Assembly (NCBI RefSeq): GCF_006345805.1
Contig: NC_042997.1
Span: 85,126,001 to 85,190,000, forward strand
Origin: Octopus sinensis
Lineage: Eukaryota
Reading direction: 5' to 3'
Length of the DNA stretch: 64,000 nt
Positions 35,952 through 50,055 of the stretch are shown here, one piece after another. The notes beneath the pieces were generated by a model that saw only the letters and a list, made by a program, of their open reading frames with translations, was not told the origin of the DNA and searched no databases. The position numbers and the translations under genes were made by a program. The stretch's first letter is position 1, and each line of letters opens with the position of its first letter.

Positions 35952-36302
35952 TAGTGGTTTTCAACCGGATCCATACGGCCCCTGAGGGTCCATATAAGAC
36001 TTTTGGGAGTCCACGCAACAAAATAATAAATTGGGGATCTACAATAGTATTTTATGAGCCCCTGAAAAAGAATTTGCTTTAGATATATGTATTGGTACAT
36101 ATTGCAAGAAACAGGTAGGTTTTCTCTCTCTAACATTTTGCATAGTTCAACCTACACAAGTTAATGTGTGAAAAACAAAAAAAAGAATTTCGAAAGAAGT
36201 TTCTATAAAGCTAGATTTTAGACATCGATTAGCTATGGGTCCATCAAAATAAAATAGTAATCATATGGCTCCATAGATTTAAAAAATGGTTGAAGAACAC
36301 TA
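35952..36302. mobile_element. hAT (Charlie-like) MITE
   Basis: TIRs tagtggttttcaacc / ggttgaagaacacta; collinear with 59056-59405. Confidence 0.8.
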
Positions 36303-36654
36303 CTCTTAGAGTATGTCACTGTCCATCAACCCACATCAGCAGGTGGTTCCTTCAAATGGAAAGGGAAGACAAAAAGGCTTTCAAAAAACGAAACTCATTA
36401 AAAGAAAAGGGTACAAAATACTACTCGTTAATTTAACTGAAATAAGAAAATAAAGAAAAAAAACAGAATTAACAGTTTAACAAATAGCTAATGAATGCAG
36501 TTTTCGCCATGAAGGTGCAAATATATAAATTGTATTTCTACATTTCTGCACATACCAAACTACTCAAGACAAGTGAACGTATATAACAAAAGTAATATTC
36601 AACTTAAATCATATGTTCGTTTGCTTATTTTGGAAAAAAAAAAAAAAGTGATTC

Positions 36655-37065
36655 GTGGCTGTGTGGTTAAGACGATCACTTTGCAATAATGTAGTTTTGT
36701 GTTCAGTCCCACGGCGTGAAACTTTGGACAAGTGACTTCTAATGTAGTCTCGGACCGACCAATGCCTTTTGAATAAATCTGGTAGATGGAAACTGAAAGA
36801 ATCCCGTCGTATATATCTGGTATGTGTGTATGTGTGTGCGTGTGTGTGAAAGAGAGTGTGTCTTTGTATTTGTCTCCCATCACCGCTTGGCAACCGGAGT
36901 TTATTTACGTCCGCGTAACTTAGCGGTTCGGCATAAGGCTCCGATAGAATAAGAACCAGATTTTAAAAATAAGTACTGAGGGCGATTTGTTCGACTAAAC
37001 CCTTCAAGGTAGTGTTCCCAGTATGGATGCAGTCCAATGACAAGAGCAAGTAAAAGATTAAAAGA
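36655..37065 (+). mobile_element. SINE family A
   Basis: Collinear with 9161-9545. Confidence 0.8.
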
Positions 37066-37147
37066 ACAAAATTAAAGAAATTGATAAATCAGTTTACATA
37101 CTTACACCAAAGTATCATGTTCACTCCAGTTTATGATGCACATGTGT

Positions 37148-37153
37148 TTTTAT
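37148..37153 (-). terminator. Candidate polyadenylation signal for the frizzled transcript
   Basis: AATAAA on the minus strand followed by a GT-rich stretch (ctttggtgtaagtatg), at the edge of the repeat-free zone; other AATAAA hexamers also exist. Confidence 0.35.
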
Positions 37154-37441
37154 TCTCTTTTCATTTTTATATAACTTTTTGAAGCATAATCCATTGAAAG
37201 TGTTGGAGAAAACACATTTTCTCATTCATTTTTTTTTCTTTTTTTCGCAAAACCTTCATATATATACGTGAGTCGTCTGCTCAGGTATTACATTTAGATT
37301 TTCCAAAAGCAAATAACACAAAGAAAGAAAGAAAAAAAAGGAAATCTTTCATATTGAAATAAAATCTTTTTATACATGTATTTACATATCTGACATCATC
37401 GGTTGCATATATTGTCTTATATAGCATGTCCACATAAAATG

Positions 37442-37482
<41 letters not shown>

Positions 37483-37948
37483 AAGTTGAGAGTTTTGAAT
37501 AACACTGATTTGTTTAATTTTTGGTTTGTTTTGTGTCATATATATATATATATATATTCATTTTCAACATCATCACAGTTTATTTTAATTGTTATGTAAA
37601 ATATTATCCTAGACGTTATAATATTTTCTTTTTCCGTTCATATCTCATTCTCACACATCATTACCGTCATCATCACAATAGCAATATAGCCACTGAAAGG
37701 AAGCAACTTTTTTTTACAATAGGAATTGGCTTCAAAAGAAAAACAAAGTAAGACAGTGACACAAAAATACGATGCTTAGATTAAACTATAAAGGCTGCAG
37801 CGTACTTATATATATATAAATATATATATTAAAAATATATATATAAAATAACCGAAGGCTTCACTTAGAAGAGAAAAATTTTGAATTCTTCAAATGGGAT
37901 TCAACTTTCAGTTGAGTGTGATTTATTGTGTTACATGTATATATATAT

Positions 37949-37992
<44 letters not shown>

Positions 37993-38499
37993 TATTGATA
38001 TTTAATTTACTGATTTGGTCAGATTTGTTTATAGGCGGGGAAAAGAATGCCAGTTTGATTTGATGATTGTGATTGACTTTGGGAAAAGAAGGAAAAAATG
38101 TTTAAAATGGCGGGAAATTTCAAATGAACGTACAAAACAAATACACAAAAATTAATGTTTCGTTTCGTCCAGCTTCGTTTAACTTTTCATTGTCCATCTT
38201 TGATTATCAAACAATATAGTTTAGTTATAATTATCCTCTGAGTTTGAATATCCTATTGAGAGTACAATAGGATATATATATATATATATATACATACATA
38301 TATATGTAGATACATAAATATACGTGTGTGTGTATATATGTATTATGCATGTATGTATGTGTGTGTAGGAGCGTAATTCATACGTCATATGCATAGATGT
38401 ATATGTGTGCATATATATATATAAATATACATATATATAAACACATGTATTCACACACATAAATGATATATAGATTATTTATAAATACATATGTATGTG

Positions 38500-38543
<44 letters not shown>

Positions 38544-39110
38544 TACACACATGAACACGCACACATATATATATATATACATAGATATGCGTTTATATAC
38601 TCACGCGTATGTATACACACTCAAATACATACTCACCAACATATAGATGTGCACAACATAGAAATATATAGACCCAAATATACACATGCAAATGTATGTA
38701 TATATATATATACATGTATTGATATATGTATGCATATATTAGTACTATATATTTGTACATACATTCTCATCTACATATAAAAACAATAAATGTACATATA
38801 TTACTTCAAATTTAAATATTTGAAAAATAAATAGCTTTATAAATAATAACATAAATAAATGTAAAAGAAAAGTTTTTTGATTGTTTAGCTGTGATCATGA
38901 TTGTTAATGTAGTTATAATGATTGTTATCAATGGTGTTGCTGCTGCTCTAGACGTTGCTGTAATATTTATTGTTGATTGCAAGTTCCCAAACGATGATGA
39001 ATCTATGAACAGGAATGATGTGAAATAGTAGACGGCCACACTAAATTAACAAATGATTGCCTGTGTCACCAGAAGGCGACCAAACTGATTAACTTTTGAA
39101 CTATACTTTA

Positions 39111-39153
<43 letters not shown>

Positions 39154-39531
39154 CTTTTACCGTTAGAAACTATTTCAATGTGTATATCGTGTGTGTAAAT
39201 GTTAATGTATCCATGTGGGTGAGAGCGCACCATGTACTTTCATGCAAATCGAGAGCCTTCGGTACATATATATATATATATATAAAATAGACGAAAAACT
39301 AAAAAAAAAGTAAAGGAAAGACTATCGATAAAAACGACAGCATTGTTCACTTAACCCTAAACAAATTTCTTTTTAAAAGGAAACAGTTTTTCTTCATCAT
39401 GATTTCCTCGTCCAGAAGACGAGATAGAGAACAGCCAGATAGTATATCTTCAGCAATTGTAGCTTTTTGATTTTCTTTTTCCTTTGTTTTTGACTAAGAC
39501 TCCATTCAGAGGCTTCTAACACTCCCAGTAG

Positions 39532-39589
<58 letters not shown>

Positions 39590-39591
39590 CG

Positions 39592-39666
<75 letters not shown>

Positions 39667-39863
39667 TATATATATATACATTTATAAACATATATACGTA
39701 TATATATACATAATTACCTGTGTAACTCAACTCATACATTTCTATACACAATTGTCAACAGAATCGGTAGCATTGTATATTTACAGCAATGTATCAGACA
39801 CAACAGAATATGCATACATACATACACACACACACATACACACAGATTCATCCATACATATTT

Positions 39864-41681
39864 CTAAACAACAGTCTCGCTACCACTTTTACTTCGTTTT
39901 GTCTTGTCGATGCGAATCGTCCGTGTGGGTTTTGAAATAATTCTGTACTGTTGACTAGGTATACTGTACTCAATGGACTTTCTTTCATTCTGCTTGCAAC
40001 AAAACCGTCCGACAAACTTCCGCCACGAGTGGATAGTCTTCGACGACCATATCCACATGCCACTTGTAATACCAACGATTAAATTCATAAATATTTTCAA
40101 CATAAAAATCTCTATGCTCGGTTTGGACGTAGAACCGGCAGAATACCAGTCTTTCCTGTTGGTGTATTCGTAGAACAAGCAGGCAATAACACAGGTGGCT
40201 GGCAGCGTATAAAGAACTGAAAATACCCCTATTCTTACCATGAGCACTTCCAGCTTATCTGTTTTTACACCGCCGTTACGGGCCTGCCGTCGAATTCCAA
40301 AGAGCGATATAAAACCAGCTACAAGAAAAGCTGTGCCCACAAACAGGTAAAATACAAGGGGTCCGATGACGAACCCGATTAATGAATTGTCGTTTTGGTT
40401 GCCTACAAAGCATATCCCGGTTAGTTCGTCAGCATCCACATCACGCATGATAAGAATTATGATTGTTTTTATGGCTGGGATAGCCCATGCTGTTAAATGA
40501 AAGTAAGAACTGTGAACCTGAAGAGCTTCATGGCTCCACTTGAGCCCGGCAGAAAAAAACCACGTTACAGTAAGTATTACCCACCATAAGGCACTAGCAG
40601 TACCAAAGAAGTAGAGCAACAAGAACACAATAGCACAGTCAGTATTCTCCAGGCCTTCTTGTATCAATATAGAGTACTCCCGGCGAACTTCACGGTGAAC
40701 ATCACAGGAGATATTTTGTCGACCAGCAATAAGCCGTACAATGTAGGCGATACTGTAGATATTGTAACACATAGCAAGGAAAATAATGGGCTGTTCCGGA
40801 TATCGGAAACGTTGAGAGTCAATTAAAAATGTCAAGACGGTAAAAAGTGTCGAGGAAAAGCATAATATTGACCAAATGGCCATCCATACATCAGAGAATT
40901 CCTTGTCATTATAAGTAAAAGCGTCGTGTCTGCCACAACGCAGGGCACATCTTTCAGTTCGATTGACAAAGATGTAATTTTCTGGATGACGTTTGTGAGA
41001 ACAGCTGCCGGAAGGGCGTGAATGTGGAAATGTTGTTATATGTTTCCAACCAGGATTTGTAGGTCTTTTGTCAGATTTATCTGGTTCCAAGTGATCTTTA
41101 TTTTCATCTTCCTCTTTTTCGCCGGGGCCGTCCATGCACATATGGTCTTGATTATTGTTTGGTGGGAATTTAGAGCAGTTGAGAATGGGAGGCCAGCTAA
41201 GGCCGAACTCTTGTAAAACAGGTTGACATTTCCGTTTCACACTTTCACACATAGGTCGGCATGGCCCGATCGGCTCTTTCACTTTATCTGTGCACATTGG
41301 CACAAAGACGGAACACAAGAAAAAAGTTAATTGAGAACTACAGCCATACTGAATAAGTGGACTGAATGTATTAAGCTGTAGTTGGGCATCCCGTTGTTTA
41401 TCGTCACCGGCTAAATTAGGCATACCCGTGACATTGTAACCTTGTCGTTTGCAGGTCGGAATTTCAATCGGATCGCATGTCCTTACGACTTCACCCGTAA
41501 CTAATGATGGTTTGCTGGACGGTAAAAACCCTAGAAGTAGAATACTGATGAATAACAGAGAAGTTTGGAACGGCATGGACGGTTTGCCGGGCACCATTTG
41601 TATGAACGTCCGAAGTGTGGAGGATGCAGAATATGTTGGACGAAAAATTGAAACCTGTGTAATAACTTTGGCAGGATGCAT
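39864..41681 (-). CDS. fzd4: Frizzled-4-like Wnt receptor (605 aa, uninterrupted CDS)
   Basis: Signal-peptide-like hydrophobic stretch, 10-Cys CRD ([46 protein letters not shown] closely follow FZD4), seven hydrophobic segments, KTxxxW motif (KTIHSW), C-terminal PDZ ligand ETVV as in FZD4. Start could be M1 (gccATG), M29 or M36. Confidence 0.95.
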   Translation of the reverse strand: MHPAKVITQVSIFRPTYSASSTLRTFIQMVPGKPSMPFQTSLLFISILLLGFLPSSKPSLVTGEVVRTCDPIEIPTCKRQGYNVTGMPNLAGDDKQRDAQLQLNTFSPLIQYGCSSQLTFFLCSVFVPMCTDKVKEPIGPCRPMCESVKRKCQPVLQEFGLSWPPILNCSKFPPNNNQDHMCMDGPGEKEEDENKDHLEPDKSDKRPTNPGWKHITTFPHSRPSGSCSHKRHPENYIFVNRTERCALRCGRHDAFTYNDKEFSDVWMAIWSILCFSSTLFTVLTFLIDSQRFRYPEQPIIFLAMCYNIYSIAYIVRLIAGRQNISCDVHREVRREYSILIQEGLENTDCAIVFLLLYFFGTASALWWVILTVTWFFSAGLKWSHEALQVHSSYFHLTAWAIPAIKTIIILIMRDVDADELTGICFVGNQNDNSLIGFVIGPLVFYLFVGTAFLVAGFISLFGIRRQARNGGVKTDKLEVLMVRIGVFSVLYTLPATCVIACLFYEYTNRKDWYSAGSTSKPSIEIFMLKIFMNLIVGITSGMWIWSSKTIHSWRKFVGRFCCKQNERKSIEYSIPSQQYRIISKPTRTIRIDKTKRSKSGSETVV

Positions 41682-41703
41682 GGCTTCGTGGTGATGGAAT
41701 CAG

Positions 41704-41784
41704 TTATAACACCAAAACAGTCCGTATGCAAGTAGCAACACTAGACTCCGGTAGGAATGTTTTCATGTGGTAAATATAAAACAT
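41704..41784 (-). promoter_or_regulatory. Upstream ORF (26 aa) in the putative fzd4 5' UTR
   Basis: ATG at 41784, in-frame ATG at 41766, TAA at 41706-41704: MFYIYHMKTFLPESSVATCIRTVLVL*. Confidence 0.45.
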
Positions 41785-42706
41785 AAATTGTCTTTTGTTC
41801 GTTTTTGTATCGAAGTAAACAATTAGTTACTTTTCTTTTTTTAAAACATTTTTTGCGATTAACTATTATTTACTCATTTGATTTATCCATGTTACGGTAA
41901 ATTAGATTCTACTCGTCTTTCCAATGTTGTCGTTTTTTCGCTTCTTTTTTTATCTATTTATTTATTTACACAACTTGCATTTCTGTATGCATTATAGACA
42001 AATCAACAGAAGAAACAAACAAACAAATCTTTACTTGCATTTTTACACTTTTTTTCCCAGTGTCTCTCCGTGGAAAGAAGAAAGTAAATGCCAATATAGA
42101 TGGAGGTGGGAGTCGGCAAACAATGTAAATAATATTGAATATCCGAGAAATGAAAGCAATTAGAGACGGCTGGTTACAGACAGACGCCTTAGAGTTGTTA
42201 TTTGTTTGGGTTTTGTGTAGTTTTTTTCTTTTTTTCGTTTTGAGAAGGAAACAAATTTTTTAAGTCAGCAGTTAGTTTTGTTGCTAAGTCTTTGTTGTTG
42301 CTGATGTTATTGCTCCGTTTTCTTTCTCTTTCTCACACTCTTGAAGTAAGTATTTGGTTAGTCCTCGAATGCGAGCGAAGATAAACAGTGAAATAGCAAG
42401 AATTGTTGCTGTGTTGGTAATAGAAAGAAAAGGTGGAGAGTGGTGATAGTGTCGGTAGGGTGTATGGATGGGCGGAGATACAACTAGTAAGGAAAAGGAA
42501 TCTCTACAGTGTCAGCAAATTAACTTTAAAAATCTTACTACCTTATTAATTGCACCGAATGCAAAGAAGCAACAGACTACTTAGTCAATTATTATTGTTA
42601 TCGATGCTGTGCCTATGTGAGAAATTACTACAACACACTAAAAAATATGTTGAATTGTCCCACACCAGATTCTACACGGCAGTAGAGTAAGATTTGTAGA
42701 ATAGGA

Positions 42707-44007
42707 CTGTAACAAAAGAAAGAAAATGCAAAACCTAATAAACTTCTTGATCGAGGAGCTATTTATAGTTATAGTTATTTACTGTGTAACATTAATGTGC
42801 CAAAAACATTTCCCCATGAGTCGTTGAAAGTGTCGTATTGATCCAACTAATCTTGCTGGCCGCATTTAGCTAGGACAGGAAGGAAAGTAAACAAAATAAG
42901 ATTAGTCGATAGGAACACTAAAAAGAATGTTTCATGCCAACAGAGTGAAGAGAAATAGAAAATAATGATAGTACTCGGTTTTACTTATTTTTTTTTAATC
43001 TGCTTGTCTTCTGTTTTAGATTTGTAATTTAATGCAGTTTTATTTAGCATAAAACAAATGAACGAAAAATATTATTAGATATTAGTTATAGCACAAGCAT
43101 TAATAAACAATGCGTTAAAAACAAAAGCTCATGGTTAATTTTAATGAGTCTTGATTCTTATGAAACAGAAATACCGCTTTGCCCGAATACCAAGTGTCGG
43201 CTTTTAAAATTAAGAATTACTTTACTTCATTTATAAATGAGAGTGCTATGCTAAAAGTTTCCGAATTCGACCGTCGACAGATATATCAATTCGAACGACA
43301 ATAGAAATTAGGTAATGTTTTTACATACACAAGTCGGAGAGAGAAATAAATACCAGCAGAAGCAAAAAGATAGGGAGAAAAAAAATAGAGGAAATCTATG
43401 CAGGAAAGAAAACAGCAACAAACACCGTTTGGGTAGAGGGGGATATGAGTTTAGTAAATAAAAAGAAAATAAAGACTATGAAGAAAGACAGCCGAAGAGA
43501 CGAATGGTGTTAAGCGCAATTGTGTCAATTCTATCTAGGCAGAGAGATAGCTTTTTAAGAAATGACGCCGCATACACACATACACAGAATGAAACACACA
43601 CACACATTCACTTTCTCTCTTTTTCTCTCCTTCAACCGTCACTGGAGATAACTCGTATTACACGTTTAAGTAAAAACCAGATTTTAAAATATCTTTATAA
43701 TGTATAGAAGCATACATACATTTATCTAGTTATCTGTTATATACCTGACCCATTGCCAACATCCGAAGAAGGAAAAGTGTGAATAGGGATGATAGAACGA
43801 CAGGGAGAGAGAGAGAGTGATGAGGATTAAACAAGCCTAATCCCGATTATTGTTTCTTGCATAGTTGTTTTTGTTTTATCTGGTACCCATTCGCTTCCTT
43901 TTTTTGTTTTTTGTTACCAAGGGAAAGAAAATGTTTTGTTTGCGATCTGTAGGAGACGTTCCGAATAGTTTAAGTTTGTCTCTTTTAAATTCGATCGACA
44001 GACTTAC
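42707..44007 (-). other. Probable 5'-UTR intron of fzd4 (1301 bp)
   Basis: Consensus donor GAG|GTAAGT at 44008/44007 and acceptor ttttgcattttctttcttttgttacAG ending at 42707, both on the coding strand. Confidence 0.55.
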
Positions 44008-45329
44008 CTCTCAGTGACATAGAGCGTGTGTGCATACATATTAGTCGTGTGTAGGTCTGTAGGCAGAAGTATTAGTTCCTTTAAAATGATAGTTATTGTT
44101 GTTATCATCATTATTGTGCTTGTAATCGCCGATAAACTGTTTTATAAGTAGCAAAAGAAAAATTGACGAATGATCATGAATGAAAACCAACACTGTACCA
44201 ATGCTATTGTATAGTAAAACAGTACTATTAACGTTTTAAGGCTGTAAATTTTTTTCCTGGTTCCACAATTTTTGGTTCATACGTATTCATATATAGATAC
44301 GATGCATGATTTTATTTCGTTATGAAACTTTTTCTTTCCGGTTTTCTTTTTTTTTTTCCTTAGATAATATCAGCTTTAAAATATATGAAAGACGATGTTG
44401 ATGAAGACGAATCTAGTTGGACAGAAGTTTTAGTTTTAATAGACGTGGCCCAGTCCGGGGACAAAAAAATACAACATACAAACGGGAGTCCGTCGCCGAT
44501 AAATGTAGTATACAGTAGCTGTTGAGGGTGTTTTAATAGTCCTTGTCATATTATAACAATCTTCTGATGTGCTGGCTGTTATTAAAGCAGAAAAGCCACT
44601 GACCCATCGGAAGAACCAATGTTGTGCAGACTTCTTGTGTGTGTTCTGGCTTTCCTTTAAAAGATCCCTAGTATCCTCCAAGCAAACGACCCACTCACAC
44701 CGTTTCTCCGTGACGGTGAATAAGCGAGTGTGTATGCGTGTGTGTGTGCCTCGTATGTATATATATATATAAATATATATAGTATATATGTATTTCTTTT
44801 TTGTCTTGTTCCTCTCACTATCTGAGTGAGAAGTGTATGTATTTTATTTTCTTTTTCACTCCGTCGATAGAATTGTCCAAATCAACACCACCACTTCTTG
44901 CTGAATTAGTAGTAGTAATAGTAGCACAACCCTTAAAGCCACTGTGATCTGGGATTGTAGATGTAGCACTAACAACAATATTAGTAGTAGCAATCGTTAT
45001 GGACTTATTAATAATACCGCTTGCTGTAGTACCATGATCGTCAGCAATGCCATAACACCCACTTATCCACACCATATTGTGGCACTAAACGCGTGTGTAT
45101 ACGTTCTTTATATACCCCAACAGCTTCTCTCTTTCCCCTCCTCTCTCCCTCCATCTAGCTCCCTCCTTCCCTGGTTCATCTTCTACCTCCTGCTACAACT
45201 CATGTCAGGTTCTCTCAGCATTCTCCCCCATCACAAATTCTCTTTCTCTTTCTCTCTCTCTCATTCACTGCTGTCCCCTCACACCGCACCTCGCATTACT
45301 CTTCACCTCCGGTTATTCCCGCGTCATAG

Positions 45330-46320
45330 GTGTGTGTATGTGTGTGCGTAGTATGTGTGTATGTGTGTGTGTATACGTATGGAGGAACCTCCTTCCCCGC
45401 CTTCTTTATTTCTTCGATATTTTTTCTTTTCTTCTGTCACTCCACATTAAACACCCTCTCATACGCACGCGCACAGAACACAGCACTCGCACCGGCTCAT
45501 GCACACCAGCGTGCAAGCACACAATCAACACGCACACACACGCACGCACACACACACACACACACACACGCACACATACACACGTACACGTACATTCGTA
45601 CACACAATTCACTTGTATTTTTCTAATTTCATATCCTATCTTCGTTCATTCACTTCCTACGAGGACTTTTTTTTCTTCTTTCACCGATTCCTGAATTAAC
45701 AACACACGCACATTCACACACACACACATACGCACACGCACATACACACACACACATACACACACATGCGCGTGCACACACACACTCGCATACGCACGGA
45801 CGGACGCACAAACACACAAACATTCACATATACACATATACACGCAGTTTTTCCGGGTATATTTATACTTCTCTCTCTTCTCACTCACTCTCTCTATCTC
45901 TCTTTCTATCTATCTATACATATGCATGTGTGTGTGCGTGTGTGTGAGTGTCTGTATGTGTATCTATGTATGTATAATACATACACATGCACACATGCAT
46001 ATCTGTACATGCGTGTAATCGCGCGTATATCACATGTACACATGTGTGTGTACGTGTGTGTGTATACAAATCGTCTTCCCCTTCATCATCATCATCGTCC
46101 TCTGTACCTTCTTAACGATATTGTGAAAGTAATGCTAATTCCTTTATTAATTTCTTCTCTCACTTTCTACCGTTTTCTATAATTTCTTTTCTTATTCTTT
46201 ACACACACACACACACACGCACGCACGCACGCACAGACGCGCGCACACACGCATATATACACACACATATGCATGCATATGTGTGATATGATAGATAGAT
46301 AGATAGATAGATAGCTAGAG

Positions 46321-46353
<33 letters not shown>

Positions 46354-47040
46354 TGCATTCACACGCACATAGAGAAAGGGAAGGTGGAACATAGAGAAAG
46401 AGAAAGTGATAGAAAGATACAGAGAGAGAGAGAGAGAGTGGAGTGTGTTGCTGTCGTCATCTTTTACTTTCCGGGTTCAAGTCTCACCAAGAATGAATGA
46501 AATAAACTATCATTCCAGAGTTGGAATTGACAGTAATTTAAATCGATTCTAGGAGAATCCAAATCGGCGTCCAACCGTGGGGCTCCGACAACTGATCGAA
46601 TACCGTCAGCATATCAATATTATCTGTCTGTTACACCTTATATTACAGTTAACACACACACATGCGCGCACAAGCACACACACACATGCACATACACATG
46701 CATATGTACAAATAATATATGTGTATACACATATATATGTATGTATATGTATGTGTGTGTATAAATATATGTACGTGTGTGTGTGTGTGTATGCACGCAT
46801 AAATTCGATTACATCTTTTCATTCACTTCACACGCACTGTCAAAATGCGTATCACAATAAAATGGGTTGAGGCGTATGCATATATATAGTTATGCATATA
46901 CATACACTACACACACACACATACACACACTCACACACACACATACACACACACAAATATATATATAAACGTGCATATCTGTTGCTATACATATGCAAAC
47001 ATCATGTATGTTTGGATAGATATGTATATGTATGTATGCC

Positions 47041-47117
<77 letters not shown>

Positions 47118-47300
47118 GTACCTATCTATCTCTATGTGTGTGTGTGTGTACACGGGTGAATATGTCTATCATGTGTGTGCGCATAAACAAGCTCGCACGC
47201 ACACACGGACACGCACACACATAGACGCACGCGTCCGCACACAACACACACACATAAACACACATAAACACTCACACACACTCACGTATGCACAGACTCA
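45330..47300. repeat. Dense (CA)n/(TG)n/(TATC)n microsatellite field
   Basis: Directly visible. Confidence 0.92.
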
Positions 47301-48054
47301 TGCATTTATAAGTTCCTTGATACCATACCCTAATACAAAAACACATTACATATCGCTAGCAGAAATGACATAACGCACTGTCTGCCTATAATAAGGTCGT
47401 GAGTTCAGTTTTACAGCCAGTGTTGCACTGTTACTCATCAGAACACATTCTACACGGTTCGTCACTGTTGTTTAACCCTAGGCCATTCTGGTTATACCAG
47501 ACCTATGCTCAAACTCCTTATGTCTGTTACTGTCCCATAGTTTAAATATATATCCCGGACCGCATTGTCATTTACCTGTAGTTTCTAACAAAATAAATGT
47601 GTTCGTAGATGGTTATTGCTGCTATTGTTTAACCACAGGCCAATCTCGATTGAGTCGACCTATGATCAAAGGTGTTCCAATCGTGATCATTACTCCGACT
47701 GCTGTGGTCATCTGGGACTTCATTACCTCGTGCTTTTTTTTTATTCTTTTAGACCGTAGGATATTTTTGAGGAAATTTACATACTTTTTCTAGCAGGTCG
47801 AACGACCTTGAGGAGGCTACACATCATTGGGTCGGCAACTCATGGGGAATTCTGCTTGCTATAGACGTATCCTATCCAGGGAGGAGAGGGTCCGCTTCAT
47901 CCTCTTCGTTCTATAATTAGAATGAATTCACAATCCCAAACTTACTTACATACAGACAGACAGACAGACATGCAGGCAGGTATGCATGCATGCATACATA
48001 CATACACACACATATATATACACACACACATACATACATACATACATACATACA

Positions 48055-48088
<34 letters not shown>

Positions 48089-48244
48089 CATACATACGAA
48101 CTAACATGCATGCATATATCTGTATTAATTCTTATTTTTCTGTATAGTTATATATAAAAATTGACTAACATACAGCTGAAGAAGTACTCAATACCTTTCA
48201 TTTCAGCAGAATAATATATTATTTTGCTTTTATGATGAGGTGGC

Positions 48245-48330
48245 TGACAGTTACTTCGAAGTTCCAGCTACTTATCAGCATCAGATTGCCCGACGAAGAC
48301 TACATAGCGGAAACTTCGAAGTTATTGTCA
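48245..48330. repeat. Imperfect hairpin made of two divergent hammerhead-like half-units
   Basis: tgacagttacttcgaagttcc versus ggaaacttcgaagttattgtca; both contain palindrome acttcgaagt. Confidence 0.6.
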
Positions 48331-48603
48331 ACCGTAAAACGCGCGCGCGTGTGTGTATGTGTGTGTGTCTGCGCGCCTGCGTGCATATGTGTGTGTGTGC
48401 GTGTGGCCACATGGCTACGTATATACCTACGTTCATAGATTTATCAAAACACACACATACATGTGTATACACATGGGACTTCATAACTTGCGCGGATTTT
48501 CATTAGTGTATGCTCAGGTGGGCTGTCAGACAAGCGGGCAGGTGAGTGCTGTACATACATACACTCACAAGCGCCAACCTATACACACAAGAACATACAT
48601 ACA

Positions 48604-48637
<34 letters not shown>

Positions 48638-48916
48638 CATGCATACATACATAATACCTAATACATAATATATACATACATACACACATACTGATTCACA
48701 CACAAATGTGTGTAAATGTATGTATGTATGTATGTATGTATGTATGTATGTATGTATGTATGTATGTATGTATGAATGTATGTGTATATATTTATGTACA
48801 TGTTTGTCTCAAACAAAACGGTAATGTTTATCTTGTGTCACTGTCTGTCCCGTAGCAGTTCGACAACGAACGACATTCATATGTATACACACCACACACA
48901 CGCACACATATGTATA

Positions 48917-48986
<70 letters not shown>

Positions 48987-49013
48987 ATTTATATGTATAT
49001 ATGTATATATATG

Positions 49014-49062
<49 letters not shown>

Positions 49063-49358
49063 TTACTGGGAGAGATTGAGAGACAGAAAGGTAGATAGCT
49101 GATATACGTAATATGGTTTCATGTGATATACAATGTTATATAATACGATTATATAAGCATGCGTGTGTCTGTGCGCGCGTGTCTCTGCACCTACGTGCTC
49201 CTGCGTGTGTGTGTGTGTGTGTGTGTGTGTGCATTGTGCGTACGTGCGCACGCGTTTGTGTGCGTGTGTGATTTGACTACATTAAACAGAATACTCACGT
49301 GGAATTTTCAGTCTGTTGATTACTCAACATGAGACTTTGAGTAACGAACAGAGAAGTA

Positions 49359-49432
<74 letters not shown>

Positions 49433-49437
49433 ACTAC

Positions 49438-49500
<63 letters not shown>

Positions 49501-49501
49501 C

Positions 49502-49548
<47 letters not shown>

Positions 49549-49565
49549 CCAATTTATCTATCTAT
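49359..49565. repeat. (TATC)n microsatellite
   Basis: Directly visible; others at 47041-47116 and 60493-60582. Confidence 0.98.
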
Positions 49566-49570
49566 ATATC

Positions 49571-49622
<52 letters not shown>

Positions 49623-49754
49623 TATAACAAATGAAAGACAGAAGATGGAATATACGGGAGTATATTATTAATCACAACAATTGTTTCGACACATCTAGCA
49701 TTGACTCCCCTTGTGGGACACACCAAAATTGGTTCATTCGTTTTATTACCCATT

Positions 49755-49991
49755 ATATATACGGGGACGTGAACACACCAGCATCGGTTGTCAAGTGATA
49801 CACGCACACACACACACACATATTTATATATACATATACACATATACGACGGGCTTCTTTCAGTTTCCGTCTACCAAATCCACTCACAAGGCTTTGGTTG
49901 GTCCGAGGCTATAGTAGCAGACACTTGCCCAAGGTGCCACGCAGTGGGACTGATCCCGGAACCATGTGGTTGGTAAGCAGGCTACTTACTG

Positions 49992-49992
<1 letters not shown>
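49755..49992 (-). mobile_element. SINE family A, partial
   Basis: Nearly identical to the corresponding part of 10613-11010. Confidence 0.88.

Positions 49993-49999
<7 letters not shown>

Positions 50000-50055
<56 letters not shown>

Noticed and set aside
38198-38204. TCF/LEF site CTTTGAT suggesting Wnt feedback on fzd4
   Set aside because: A single 7-mer is expected by chance in AT-rich DNA
41531-41731. 66-aa ORF overlapping the fzd4 start
   Set aside because: Begins at TTG, not ATG; no recognisable protein
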